NCBI GenBank assembly: GCA_002633005.1
Contig: NMRA01000511.1
Span: 154,084 to 218,083, forward strand
DNA: 64,000 nucleotides
Reading direction: 5' to 3'
Origin: Phoronis australis
Lineage: Eukaryota; Animalia; Phoronida
The position numbers and the translations under genes were made by a program. Positions 14,164 to 26,479 of this stretch are shown here, piece by piece. The stretch's first letter is position 1, and every line of letters begins with the position of its first letter. The notes beneath the pieces were generated by a model. It was not told the DNA's origin, did not search any database, and saw only the letters and a program-made list of their open reading frames with translations.

Positions 14164-15329
14164 TTAGCGTTATGATTCATACACACATTTCGAAAAATCG
14201 AGAAAATATGTGAAGCAAAGCTTTTGCGGAGCGTATTAATTTACTGGATTTTTTAAATTCAGTGACCCAATTTTGCGACTGCAAAACCATATTTTTCCAG
14301 AGGCCCCTCTCTGGCAAAGGATAACGGAGACGACTGTCGCTTTTTTCTCGTATATCACTTGAGAAAAATTGATGACCTGACAGATATCATAAATTGCTGA
14401 ACATTTCTTTATTTGTGAAAATAAAGATATTTTCACATCGAGGGGCCCCACATCTTAAGGAGGCCATTGATGACATTCAAGTGACCACAGTTTTTATATT
14501 TCTATTGACAAATCCTTAAGGGTAAGCTCACAGAGAGAGGACCCAAGGTTGGATTCGATTACGTCCACATTCCTGTTATTTGTGAAATCGTGCAACCAAC
14601 TTTCATTTTGAAGAAGGTCACTTCCTGCACCGTTGTCTGACCACACGACGGTGAAATGAACTGTCACTATTTTCCAAGCTTAATGATGTTTAGCTTTTCA
14701 TTATTAAGGTGTCCCATTTCAGACGGGACCCTCTCTCATGTCCCTTTGTCCCTCTTTACATGTAAATCCGACACTGCCAAGTACTCACGAGGGAAGTTGT
14801 GATTCGAAATGCATCAAAAAAAAAACTCAAAAAATTCATGCACAGCACAGCAGTATCAAGACATTCGTCCCAAACAACCAAAAAAATTAAAAAAATACAA
14901 TGGGATTGACCGCCATTGAAAGGGGCTCAGGAGTATTAAAGCACGTGAACATCGTTGTTTGTCAATTACACAAAAGGACTATTTCCGATGGTTTGTTATA
15001 AAATAATGTTTACTGTTTCCCAAATTATCACAAGTAGAATAATATCTCTTTTGAAGATGGTTACTATGAGTTGTTTGTAAGGAAATCCCACATGTGGAAA
15101 ACACTGATGTCGAGGCTACCATTGGGGTGACCGTGTACATGTCGAACGAGTGTACCCAAATACTTGCAATAGTAAACAAATTAAACAAAAATTTCAGCGA
15201 TTTTCTTGAGGTCAAGTTAAATTCGCTATAGATACACCGGAAAGAGCAAAAATACACCTCACTATGAATGCCCAATCTCCCATATTCCCCATGTTACCCG
15301 TCAAAAAGTGTGCGAGCACGCATGCGGAA

Positions 15330-16140
15330 ATTGCTTATAACATTTCGTTTTGATTAACAAATTCGTTGGTTTCTGATATACATGTTTATGTAACTACGAA
15401 AACCGACAGGTTAATAGGTGATTTTTGGCAATTAGTAAATCTTTTCAGAAATGATGACGATTCAGGAAATTAGGTTGAAGCCTGAATATGGAAAAAAAAA
15501 CTATAACCCGATCCCTAAATAGTAAACTGCACTTGGACGCTTTTTGCCTATCTAAAATAACTCTCAAAACATTGATGGAATTTGGACACTTCCCAAAAAA
15601 ATTGCTCAAAATTCAAATGACAATAAATGCATTGTTTTTTGACTTAGGCACAAGATTCGTCGTTTAAAGTCACCAACAGGGGATTAAAAAGAAACTAAGT
15701 CATTAAATCAAGGTAAACGCATTGCTCATGGATTTGATTGTTGGTTTCTGATTTACCTGTTTATGTATCTACGAAAGTGGACAGATTGAGAGATGATTTT
15801 TTTGACAGCTAGAAGCTAATCTTGATGTTAGAAATGACAATACTTCAATGTATTTAATTGCAGGCAGGCCGACATTGGGAAAATTCGATTTATCATCAGA
15901 TCCCCCAAATATAAAATTACACTAAACGATTTCTATCTATCTGAAATAAGTCTCAAGGAAATTGATGAATTTCGGGCAACTCAACAATGTGTCCAAAAAT
16001 GTTCTCACAATTCAAATGGCAATAAATTGTTTATTGGCTTTGGAACTAGATTACTAGGTTTAAGTTTACAAACCTTAGATGAAAAACGAAGTTTAGGTAG
16101 CTAAATATAATCAGACTCATTGTTCATCAACTTGGAAAGG
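15330..16140 (+). repeat. Diverged ~380-bp tandem duplication (2 units)
   Basis: TTGGTTTCTGAT.TAC.TGTTTATGTA.CTACGAAA at about 15366 and 15741; ATTCAAATG.CAATAAAT at about 15611 and 16010. Confidence 0.8.
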
Positions 16141-17179
16141 TTGTCTTAGAACTTCCTTGATGGTTTTGGTTTCCAGTAGTATTGCGCAATGAATTTTTGT
16201 TCTTCAAAACTGAATCGTTTGGTTGCATTTCCCGTGCATACTACACACAGGACATTCGCGCACACAGCCTAAAATTAATGGGGGGGTGCTCGAATTTTTA
16301 AGGATGTTGACCTTTTACTAAAGAAAAAAACCAAATACGGGGTTCCTTCAGGGCTATGATTTGTGCATACGCCCTCCCTCCCCCCTCCCTCTCGCTCTCT
16401 CTCTCTCATGTACTCAGCCGTCTGTAGCACACACCCGTGACAAAGAGCGCATCGCTCGAAACGTGGGGGATATTTTAATATATTTTAGTACCGACGCTCG
16501 TCGTTTTAGTTTTACGATTTTATATTTTTATCAGTCGGTAACTGCACGGCATTCCAATAGCTATTGGATTTTCTCATTGATTTTGAAGCTAACCACATTT
16601 AGTCTTCTCGACACGCGTTTTGAACATCGGCAACTTATTATCCAATATCACAGTTTTCCCGGCGATTAGCGAATAAAGTCCTCGGATAAAGGTGATCGAC
16701 ACGATTGGGTGATAAGCGCTGTCTAAAAGGCTATTTGGTCACCGTGTGTTTTTCCATTTGTCGTAATGTAGTTTAGTTGTATACTAAAAGGAATAAACAA
16801 TGTGGCATTCATAGAAATATTAATATTGATGTCTATGGTGACATTGTTAATTATGATCAGCTTATGCAAATTTTCGAGTATATACGCACAGCCGTATATC
16901 TTAAATCCGTAACCAAGATTTGTAGTTTTTAGCTTAATAGGTCACCGATATTTAACAATCGAAAACCACACTGTTTTTTCCATCTGAATACCACTCTTGC
17001 CCCGCGCTCTGTTTGTTCCAGGTGAAAGCCGCTCGGAGGAAGATTGAATGAACAGCGGTGAAAATTAGAAATACGTTTTTTCTTGTAAAAGAATTAATCA
17101 CGGCATGATGACCCCCCCACCCATTTCGGCATTTTGCTCAAAATGAATATTAAATCATGCGTAATTCTGGGTCAGATTC

Positions 17180-17326
17180 CATGCGCGCACCCGGGAACGA
17201 GCCCCCCATTTGGCGAAGTGGGCAAAAAGGTCCGCCTGTGAGAATGAAAAATCCGAGAAAATGAGAGAAAAGTTCACTAAACAAGCATAAACGCGCAATT
17301 CACAGTGGTGCGCCCGTTTTTTTTAG
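17180..17326. mobile_element. Partial copy of the CATGCGCGCA MITE
   Basis: CATGCGCGCACCCGG...GGGCAAAAAGGTCCGCC...CAATTCACAGTGGT is the reverse complement of about 22625-22773. Confidence 0.7.
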
Positions 17327-20299
17327 TCCGACAGCTACATGTATACAGCACAGCTATTGGAGGAGTAAGTTTTCCGGGTTGTAGTTTCGCTCAATGAACT
17401 GCTCAGGCTATTAATCTCATAATGTTTTGGCACTTTTTAATGTCGCTAAGTACAGACAGCTCAGAAATAGGTTCATTTTCATAATCCATTTCACTGCAGA
17501 CTCTATTCAGTAATACTTTTAAGTATTACTGAATAGAGTCTGTGGGTTTTTTAAGAATGGAAAAACCCGAGTTGTTTCAGAGAGAAAGACATGTCGTGTT
17601 TTAAAAGCTTCTGGCGTAATAATTACCAGGGTTTGCAATGATAAATGACAAAAAACAAGAACATTTCCCAGGTAATGCATCGCTCCACTAAGAAATAGGT
17701 TGGTGCGATAATGTGACACTTAACTGAAAAACGAAAAAAGAGGAAATCCTCTTAAAGGAGGAAAATCCCAAGCCCTGTATAGTATAAAAAAAATATTGCA
17801 TTCCTTGCAAGTGAACTTAATCGATGAATGTTCGCCAAATACAAAACTAATCAGTGAGTGAGAAGCTTGGGCTGTGTTGTTTGTGAATCAAGTCAAGACT
17901 TAAAAATAGAGGCTGGTGACTAGAGATTGAGAATTTAAGCTGCTACAAGTATGAGAATACAATAGGTTATCACTCTTACTAACTCCTGTAGACATCTAAC
18001 ATAATAGAGGACATATCAAGACAACTAGAATCTATAGGAAACAAGGAAACGAAACAAGAACGAATGTAATGAAGTACGAACTAATCCATGAAGAAATGAA
18101 TAGATGGCTGCAGAATGTTGGCTCCATGCACTTAATAATAGTAACTTTAAAACTGAACATATACAAAGACATTCCTACAAGCATCGTTGCTAGCTTTTCT
18201 TAGGTCAACTAGTTTTGACACTGCGCGTTTTGATTGATTAAACTTACTATTTATTGATAGGTCTTGGAAGTAAAGAATTCGGTGAGAGTTGTTTGTGGTA
18301 CATGTTCCTAGAACACACGGTGACGAGTCAATTCCAACCCAACATACTTCATTGTTTCGCTTTTAATCGTAATCACTGGTTTGAACGCATTTTTTCTAGC
18401 AAGATAGTATATCGTGTATTGAAACTGAGCATTGTTTTACGGCGAAAAATTACTACGTTGCAGCGAATTTTAGGTGGGGCATGGTCCCTTCGGACCCTCT
18501 AAATCAGCCGCGGTTTAAGAGCATCAGCCCTATTTGTTTCAAACAGCTCACGCCTAAATTCCCAGAATATTTACTTTCTCTGACACCTAATCAAATTGTT
18601 TTACTGCATGCTCCAGATCATGCGTCATTAACATTTACAAATACTTTGACGCAGGCCGATTTAGGAATTTAGAGTACCGGTGCCACGTAAAATTTCTTCC
18701 CACTTCGACCCTGTTGCGCATGCGCTGTATGGAGAGGAAGTTATTTTATGCCTAAGGCATAGAATTAAATTTAAATTGTTAAATGCATTTATCGGCATTA
18801 TTTTGACATTTGTCGCTTAATTTTTTATAAATGACATTATTTGCAATCCTCCTTGTTTTACTTTGCAACATAGCTCGTGGCGTACCCCGGGCAAAATAGA
18901 TTACGATAAATAACTTCCCCGTGAAATTTGTTCCCCATCGAAGACGGCAAAGCACAGCTGTAAAATAAGCCTAAAACTAGAAGTTCACTACGTGTGTAAT
19001 AATATAACGATTTTTTGTCAATTGTCATTGTTATGTTAGACTGCTTTCAAAGTCTGTAATGATAGTGTAGTATATCAAGGAACTTACAAATATAGATGTA
19101 ATAGGAATCACTTACTGCATGCGGGAACAAGACGAATGAGAATCCTGCGTGAATTGAAATAAGATGCCTATCAAACCATATAACGAAACAAAGTTATCAA
19201 TGTCTTGACAATTCGCGAAGACTAAAAATGTCGAAGAAAATTATTTCTTGACCAAAGAAATTGAAGGCCTGTGTAACTTTCGCATAACTTGAGAATTTAT
19301 AATTTACCTAAACATCATTCAACAAAGAATGGACTCACCGGAGACAGCCCAAGAGTTGTTATCTCTGCGGCGAAGGATGTTAAAGTTGAGTCTCCGATGA
19401 GTTGCCATCAGTCACTGGTACGGTGCGCGGCTTTAGAGGCTCTGCGGCTGGGTTAAAGATCTTTTATAGGCCTAACTATCCCCAATTCACGTACCAGGAT
19501 GAATTTTTAGTTAAACGTTTATGTAAAACTGCTTATAATACTTGGTTGATCACGGGTCTAATATCAAATAAAGATTTCGTTTTCATAGTTATTTTGCGCG
19601 AGACGTCTCCTGCCGGAAAATTGTCAGCCCACGGGTCTGATGTAAATCACTTATAACGCCAAATATAATTCAACGTACCCGAAATGTGATTTATTCTGGC
19701 TGGCACCAGAAAGACTGGAACTGACGCTTCTTTTTTTTCTTCATGAAGCGAAGGCATAGGAGCTTACTCTATGTATATATGGGTGTGCGTGAGTGTTTAT
19801 TTAAACACTGCTTTATTACAGAGCCCAACATTAGTGATATTCCATCGACTTTGGCTTACTATTTGCTGTCTGCCACTTATTTTCGGGTTATCATTCCAGT
19901 TTAAACATGCGCCTCAAGGAATTATCTCAATGCATTTGCCAATTTATATACATCAGTTTCCGGATAACTGATTTTTCTAAGCCCAGAATTCTTTGTAGGC
20001 CCATAAACGAAATGGACCTTACCTGGAAATGTTGTGTGACATACTTGAAGTTGAAGAATTAATATGCCCTCAATTTTCTGTGTGGAGGTTAAGTTCATTC
20101 ATCAAAGAATCCCAATCAAACGTTTTTATTACCTATAAGTTTATTGGTTGGCAGTGAAACATGCACAGAAAATTTTTCATTTACTGAGAAGACAGTAAAT
20201 ATTTTACAAGAAAACAGGTGTTCTATAACTTGATAAAATATGCAAGCCGAAAAAACAATAGCATAAATGGAGTCACAGTTAGACTTGGTATATATTTTT

Positions 20300-20685
20300 G
20301 TAAAAACTTAGACCAAAATCGCTTTCAAAATCTTCCGATTTTTATAGCACATCAACGAAACTTGGAACAATACATATTCATCATACATAATGAAAGTCTT
20401 GGTTAACTGTGAGAAGCAAAAACCTAGCATGACTGGGGCCAATAATGAAATTCACACAAATTTTACTACATACTCAAAACAAAATCGCCTTCAAAATCTA
20501 CAATTTTTGGAGCACATCTGCGAAAGTTGGTACAGTACATATTCATCATGTCTAATGAAAATCTTGAAAACAAAAACACATGGTCAGTAACTTGCTTAAC
20601 AGTGAGAAGCAAAAAGCTAGCATGACTGGGGCCAATAATAAAATTCACACCAATTTTACTACATACTCGAAACAAAATCGAAGAC
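20300..20685 (+). repeat. ~170-190-bp tandem repeat, about 2 units
   Basis: GTGAGAAGCAAAA..CTAGCATGACTGGGGCCAATAAT.AAATTCACAC at about 20409 and 20602; CAAAATCG at about 20313, 20480, 20673. Confidence 0.85.
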
Positions 20686-20851
20686 ATCGGCCTTCTCCTG
20701 CGCCAATCAACTTTTTATCTGCTACAGAAATGTTATGCCTAATTTTCTACCATTTTAGCACACTTTGTGGCTCTGCTACAATTAGCACTGCCATAATCGT
20801 ACATGTATTTCTTAATTCCGCCACAGTATGCATATCTGGAAGTTAGTTTTG

Positions 20852-21260
20852 CTACGTGTTTTCCAAATCAAGCCACAACAGTTGTTCATCATTAAATGCC
20901 TCAGATTCCTCGACGCCATGGACATATCCGTCAACACAAGACGCACCCTTGGCATTCTTAAAAATTCGTATATATGTGCTATAATTGCTTCGAAGGACCG
21001 GCAGTAACCGTGGCTGGAATGTCGGCAGCTTCGCGACTAAGTCTACAGCTAACTCCTGTTGAAATTCGCCATACTTCAAAATTCTTGTTTGCAGGTGCTG
21101 ATAATTGCCTTCAATGGTTTTCATAATAAGAGACTAGAAATCCGAGTTGTCACACACGCCCACAGGCCTGGTGCTGCCTTACATTTTCACTGGCCACCTT
21201 GCTACAGTCGACTTGCGCAATAGCCGAATTAGTGTCCACATTTGCGGTCACGTGCCGGGT
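20852..21260 (-). pseudogene. Possible piggyBac-like transposase C-terminal remnant
   Basis: Across frameshifts: VDT...YCASR..ARWPVKM...EFQQELAVDLVA...CVLC, resembling the GVD..RWP..F..ELA..L plus Cys-rich tail order of piggyBac transposases. Confidence 0.4.
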
Positions 21261-22537
21261 ACAGGCCCATGAGACAAGTTGCAGCAACAAATTCAGTACG
21301 AATCCATAAACCCTTTTACACGCACAATTAAATGCGCAAAACTGCTCCTGTATTTCTTAAACCTTTAATTTAATGCTCAAGCTATGCAACGAGTGCGTGT
21401 TGAAACACAACATTGACCTTGGACCAAAGATGGACTCCTTGACCTTAGTAAGCGGGGGAAGGGCGAGTGTCACCCCCAAAAAATTAAAAGCCTCAGGGTT
21501 AAACCATGGCAACCCACAAAGGTGTGCAGCTGGGGAAAGACAAAAAAGAAAGACTTCGAATACTGATTAGAGAGAAAACTCAAGATAACTTTGACAACTC
21601 GGTATTAGTGTATGGTTTACCATTTGAGAGCCCTGACCAGGACAATTGTTGTTAGGGGTCTCCGTTTTTGCAGCATAGGTCGTCTAAGCGCTCTTGAAAA
21701 TGTGCACTTAATCATTTATGCATGTATTTCGAAAATTTGAGAAAATTTGTAAAGTAAAAATTTTGCGGAGCGTATTAAAGGAGCATGCCACCCAAAAAAC
21801 AACCTAATTTGTATCAACTTATATCGAGTAGTTCTACTCCATAACGGCACGTACGGTTGCGGTACCTGTCACCTGACGGCAGACTGGGGTGTTGAAATTG
21901 TCCAATTACGTAATTGGTTTCACACGCAGTCTGTTCAGCAGTTCACAACACGGGCTACTGGTGTCAGCTTATCGCTTGAATTCATCGTTTTACACCAATA
22001 AATCATCAATTTTCGATGTAAAACCCTTAAAAATACACCGAGTTCTTATAAAAACGTGTTGTTTTATTTCGCTGTTACAGATTTATTGGTATTTGGACAC
22101 GGCCGTAGCCTACAACAGCTCAGCAGGCCACTGAATTAGGTCCGTAGCAGGACTTTGGGGTGTGTTTGGAGATAAATTCGAAGTACTTTTTCCGTGAGAT
22201 ACAGACAGGAGAACCTAGTCTGTGTTGTTTAGAATTGTGATTTTTTTGAGTTCTAAACAAGCAAAACGCTCGTTATCCTGGCCAGTGGCTCGGAGCCCGA
22301 ACAGCCAGGCCCGTCGCGGCCGGCCGGATTGACTCGTTATCCCGACCAGTGGCTCGGAAACTGATCATACATCACGAATATAAACCAGCCAAAGTTGGAA
22401 ACTAAACTTCTAGTCAGGAAAATACTATACTAGTGAGCCAAAGTAATGTGCACGTGATTATGTTGGTGAATTAGCCACGAAACTGCAAATCGTCGGGGCC
22501 GCGAATTCAGGTTCCGCTTTGTCCACAGCACCGTCAG

Positions 22538-22773
22538 CATGCGCGCACCCAGCCTTCAATATGGGGGGGGGGCTCGAATTTCTGACGTTGTGGACCTTTT
22601 GGTAACAAAAAAAGCGTGTGAGCTAAAAAAAACGGGGGTACCACTGTGAATTGCGCGATTGTGCTTATTAAGAGGACTTTAGACTCAGACTTTTTGTTTT
22701 CCAGAGGCGGACCTTTTTGCCCACTTTGCCCTCGTTCGAGCCCCCGAGCCCCCATGGCCCGAATGCGCGCATG
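22538..22773. mobile_element. MITE with 5-bp TSD nested in the Kolobok element
   Basis: TIR CATGCGCGCA / TGCGCGCATG; GTCAG on both sides (22533-22537, 22774-22778); partial inverted copy at about 17180-17325. Confidence 0.8.
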
Positions 22774-23257
22774 GTCAGGGCAGAAGTTGTACATTGACAA
22801 TCATTATTTGAATAATGTAAATATAAATAAAGATTCTCCTAACACCTGGCCGTGGGATGGAAATCAAGTTGTTTCACAACAGTTTCTGCCATCAAACACT
22901 AAATTAGCATGAACTCACACGGCCTCGGTGTCCCGTCAATTAGTTTTATTGCACCTAAAGCCGGTAACGCAGTGATTTATTCATTGCTGGCTTCTCAAAT
23001 CATTTGCACTCACGAACACTCCAAAGGCATTACAAATTGATCTAATGAGACAGACTTTGTTTCATTTTTATGTAAGTATTGGTTAGGGCGAGAATAATTC
23101 ATTTTGAAACAGAACGCTCAGTAATAAACGTCAACATGGCACTCGCAATCCCGTGCCACTTAGGCGAGAACTCATCAGTCCCGACGAAGACTTTGCAGGC
23201 GGATCAGACAACGGAACGTAGGAATATTTATTTGGCAAGCTGGCATTCGTGAGGCAC

Positions 23258-23461
23258 TCACGCGGCTGTCGACGACTGCAGGCCACAGACAAGGAGATGT
23301 TCCACGGCCTCATACTTGCTATTTACAGCGTACTTTTCATTCTTCACTACTGCGATCCACTTCCTAAATATTTCGGACTCTCGAGGAAGTCGGAAAAACG
23401 ATATACCCGCTTTCCTCGCACCTGCATAGTTCGCACAAGCGGGAACGATGCACCGCAACAT
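23258..23461 (-). pseudogene. THAP zinc-finger remnant within the Kolobok element
   Basis: MLRCIVPACAN...ISFFRLP...RKWIAVV...LVCGLQ: C-x4-C, F..P, W and VC present; the final zinc-binding His appears replaced by Gln. Confidence 0.75.
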
Positions 23462-24541
23462 AGCGGCATTCACTCTGCAGATGAACCACTGACGTCGCTA
23501 GCGTCGTTTCTCACCTTCCTCACAGGTTAACGCGACACCTCTTGGAAAGGTAAGGTCGACCGTGTGCGAGGCGATGTGGACATAGACCGATTAATAAGGC
23601 AAAAAAGACTAATTAAATCGGGTGGCATTCTCCTTTAATTCAGTCCCAGTTTCTCAGGGGTCCATAGGCGGTGCACTACAGGGGGGCTGAGGGGGCTTTA
23701 GCCCTCACTTTTCTCAGTGCTGCGCCCTCTATACACCTCCGACATGACACTGCCAACTACTCACGAGGGAAGTTGAGATTCCAAATTCATCAAAAACACA
23801 AAACATTCGTGCACAGCACAGAAGCTGTCTTGTAAGAAATGGCGATGCGTCACTGAACTTAGTTGAAGGCTGAAGGCTGACTTGCAAAAATTCGATCCAT
23901 CATCAGACCACCATATCGCAAAAGAAGGACACTAAACGATAACAGTGATATTCATGAAAGTATTGAATTATAAACTAGACTAAAGGAATTCAAAAATTTA
24001 CAAACCGTAGATCGGATCGAAAAAGAAGTTCAAGTCATTGCTCATAAATTTGGAAAGATTGTCTTTGCATTTCCTTGATGCTTGTAGTTCCCAGTAGTAT
24101 TGTGCAATGAATTTAGGTTCTTCTAAACCGAATCGTTTGCTTGACATTCCCGTGCATACTGCAAAGGCTGGACGCGTAGTGACTCAGTGACGCACCCACG
24201 TTAAAAATAATTTGTAGTCATGCAGTAGTCTGCCCACGTAGAATCCGCGCACAGTCATTGACGGGAGAAGAACTTGAACTGCAGGGGTTGAAGTGTGTGC
24301 GTTTTTGGGACACGCGTTCCATAGCATTTTCCCCAGCCGCCCGGCAGAAGCTGGACCAGTGGCCGTGTTTCAACAAGGAATTTTGATACAGCTCTATAGG
24401 CCAAGGATTTCGGGATCATAGCTTTCAAAAAAATCTTCAGGAAATGACCGTATTAAAATGAACTTTTCCTGAAACTGGGCCAATCAAAAGGACCTTGGAC
24501 TCGGGTAGGCCTATTGGTTCGAGTTAAGCCGCACGTCTCAA

Positions 24542-24645
24542 ATGAATCATAGCGGAGCTGACCAGCGACTAGCATTAGTTCGTCGAATTCCGCATGAATC
24601 ATAGCGGAGCTGACCAGCGACTAACATTACTTCGTTGAATTGCGC
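24542..24645 (+). repeat. 52-bp direct tandem duplication
   Basis: ATGAATCATAGCGGAGCTGACCAGCGACTA.CATTA.TTCGT.GAATT.CGC twice. Confidence 0.9.
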
Positions 24646-25389
24646 ATGCATGGATCAGACTTCCCGGCGACTCGGACGCATCGACACCGGCCACCGTGGC
24701 GGGAGCAGCAAATTTCTTGACTAACACCTGCTTCTAAATCTGGATTTAAGCAAAATGACAAAGTCCACGCTTACAAACATGCAAGCGTATCCAAATACAA
24801 TTAAATATATTTCCATGTGAAACCATTCAATGTTCTTTGAACATTGACTTGTGTGAGTTCTTAGTTTTCTTAGATCTGCCCAATCAGGTAGAACTGCGTT
24901 TCAAGTCATTCACTATCATAGGCACCTGAGGGTTCAAATTGGAAGTTGGCGTCGTATGACGTCGTATGACGTCATATGACGTAGGCGATGCGAGCCTCAT
25001 TTGCATATATTAGTGACATCTGTTGGTTCAAAAAAGAGGATCATGCCCGAGTACATGCCTGGGAAGAGGCATCTTTTGGAAGGGTAAAGCATGCCACGTT
25101 CAAAGCATCCCAGTGCCATTAATATGCAGTCTTTAGGGACCAAAGTGGTGTCATTTTATAGCTAAAGAGTTAAGCTTTCAAACACAATGCTTGGATTCTA
25201 GACGACTTTAACATTTACTTTTGAAATCACTTTTGAAAACACGTTAAAATGCGCTAAAACAGTTGTCCCTTCCTGGTTATCTCTTCCTGCTAATATGCAT
25301 ACTTTCAGCAAAGCTTTAAAACTCGCTATGACCCGTAGATATCATGAAAGCCCTGCGTCTAAAACTGGTGAATTACTGTACTCACTCTA

Positions 25390-26450
25390 CCCGTTCTTTA
25401 AGAATTTTGCTTCATTCGGAGACTACTTTATTAAGTCGAAGTTAACTCTAATTGGTAATTCCTTCTGGCGCGACGTATTTGGAAGTATGTTATCTTTATA
25501 CAAGAAAATAATTGTTGCGAGTAAAGAGGACTTTTTGAATCAACGTTTGTGGTTTAAAAGTAACTTGGCGATCGAGGCACAAGTGTTTTTTATAAGCCTT
25601 GGTTTGTAAAGGGCTTAATATTTATTTGTGATATGTATACCTCTGATGGTAATTTTGTTAGTTTAAACAATGTGAAAAATAGGTTCGATGTGAAAACCAA
25701 CTTTGTAGAATATAGTGGTGTTGTTTCTGTTCTAAGAAGGTTTCAAAAAAGTCTATTTCAAAGTAAATTTAAAAGTGTTAATGTCTACTTTCCTTGCATG
25801 CCTGTAGCAATTACTCACTTACGGAAAGATTTGAAGGGTTGTAGACATAATTATTCAGTCTTTAATGACGTTAAATTAAGTCAGAGTGTAAATGGGAAAT
25901 AGAGCTAGGAGATAGTTTAGATTGGAAGAAAATATATGCTTTACCTTACAAAATTACGAAGGATCCCTATATTAGATGGTTCTAATTTAGCAAACTACAC
26001 AGGATTACTGCAACAAATACTTTTTTAGTCAAAATATGTGTTAGGGATTCTGATTTATGTTGCTTTTGTAATAAAACTCCAGAGACGCTGTCACACCTTT
26101 TTTGGGAATGTAGCTTTGTACAAAATTTCTGGAAGGAATTCGGAAAGCTTCTTCAAAAGTGTCGCATTAAGCTTCCCAACTGTCTGTGTTACGATAGTGT
26201 TAATCTTGGACTTTACAAGACGCATGATTTTCTATTTAACATTTTGCTTCTACTAGCTAAACAGTACATTTACAAGGAGAGATGTCACAAAAATATACCT
26301 AATTTTCAAAAGTTCGTTACAAAAACTTATGAGCACTATAATGCTGAAAAATTAATTGCATATAAAAACTTCGTACATGACAGCTTCTCTGCGAAATGGG
26401 ATAATTTTATTGTTCATGTTAACTACATGTAGAAAAAATACATAAAAAGC
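25390..26450 (+). mobile_element. 5'-truncated L1/Tx1-type LINE, ORF2 C-terminal part, degenerate
   Basis: FWRDV..LWFKSN..W..KG..I.D..WKKIY..LHRI.ATN.FL..LCCFC...ETLSHLFWEC..V..FW..LLLAKQYIY (zf-RVT region) with stops and frameshifts. Confidence 0.85.
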
Positions 26451-26479
26451 TTAAAACTTGTATTGCAATTTCAGGGACC

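Larger units (their letters stand above)
21779..23634 (-). mobile_element. Non-autonomous Kolobok-type DNA transposon
   Basis: TTAA TSD (21775-21778, 23635-23638); 15-bp TIR AGGAGCATGCCACCC / GGGTGGCATTCTCCT (14/15); RR...YY termini; internal THAP remnant; empty site in the paralogous block near 14236. Confidence 0.85.
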
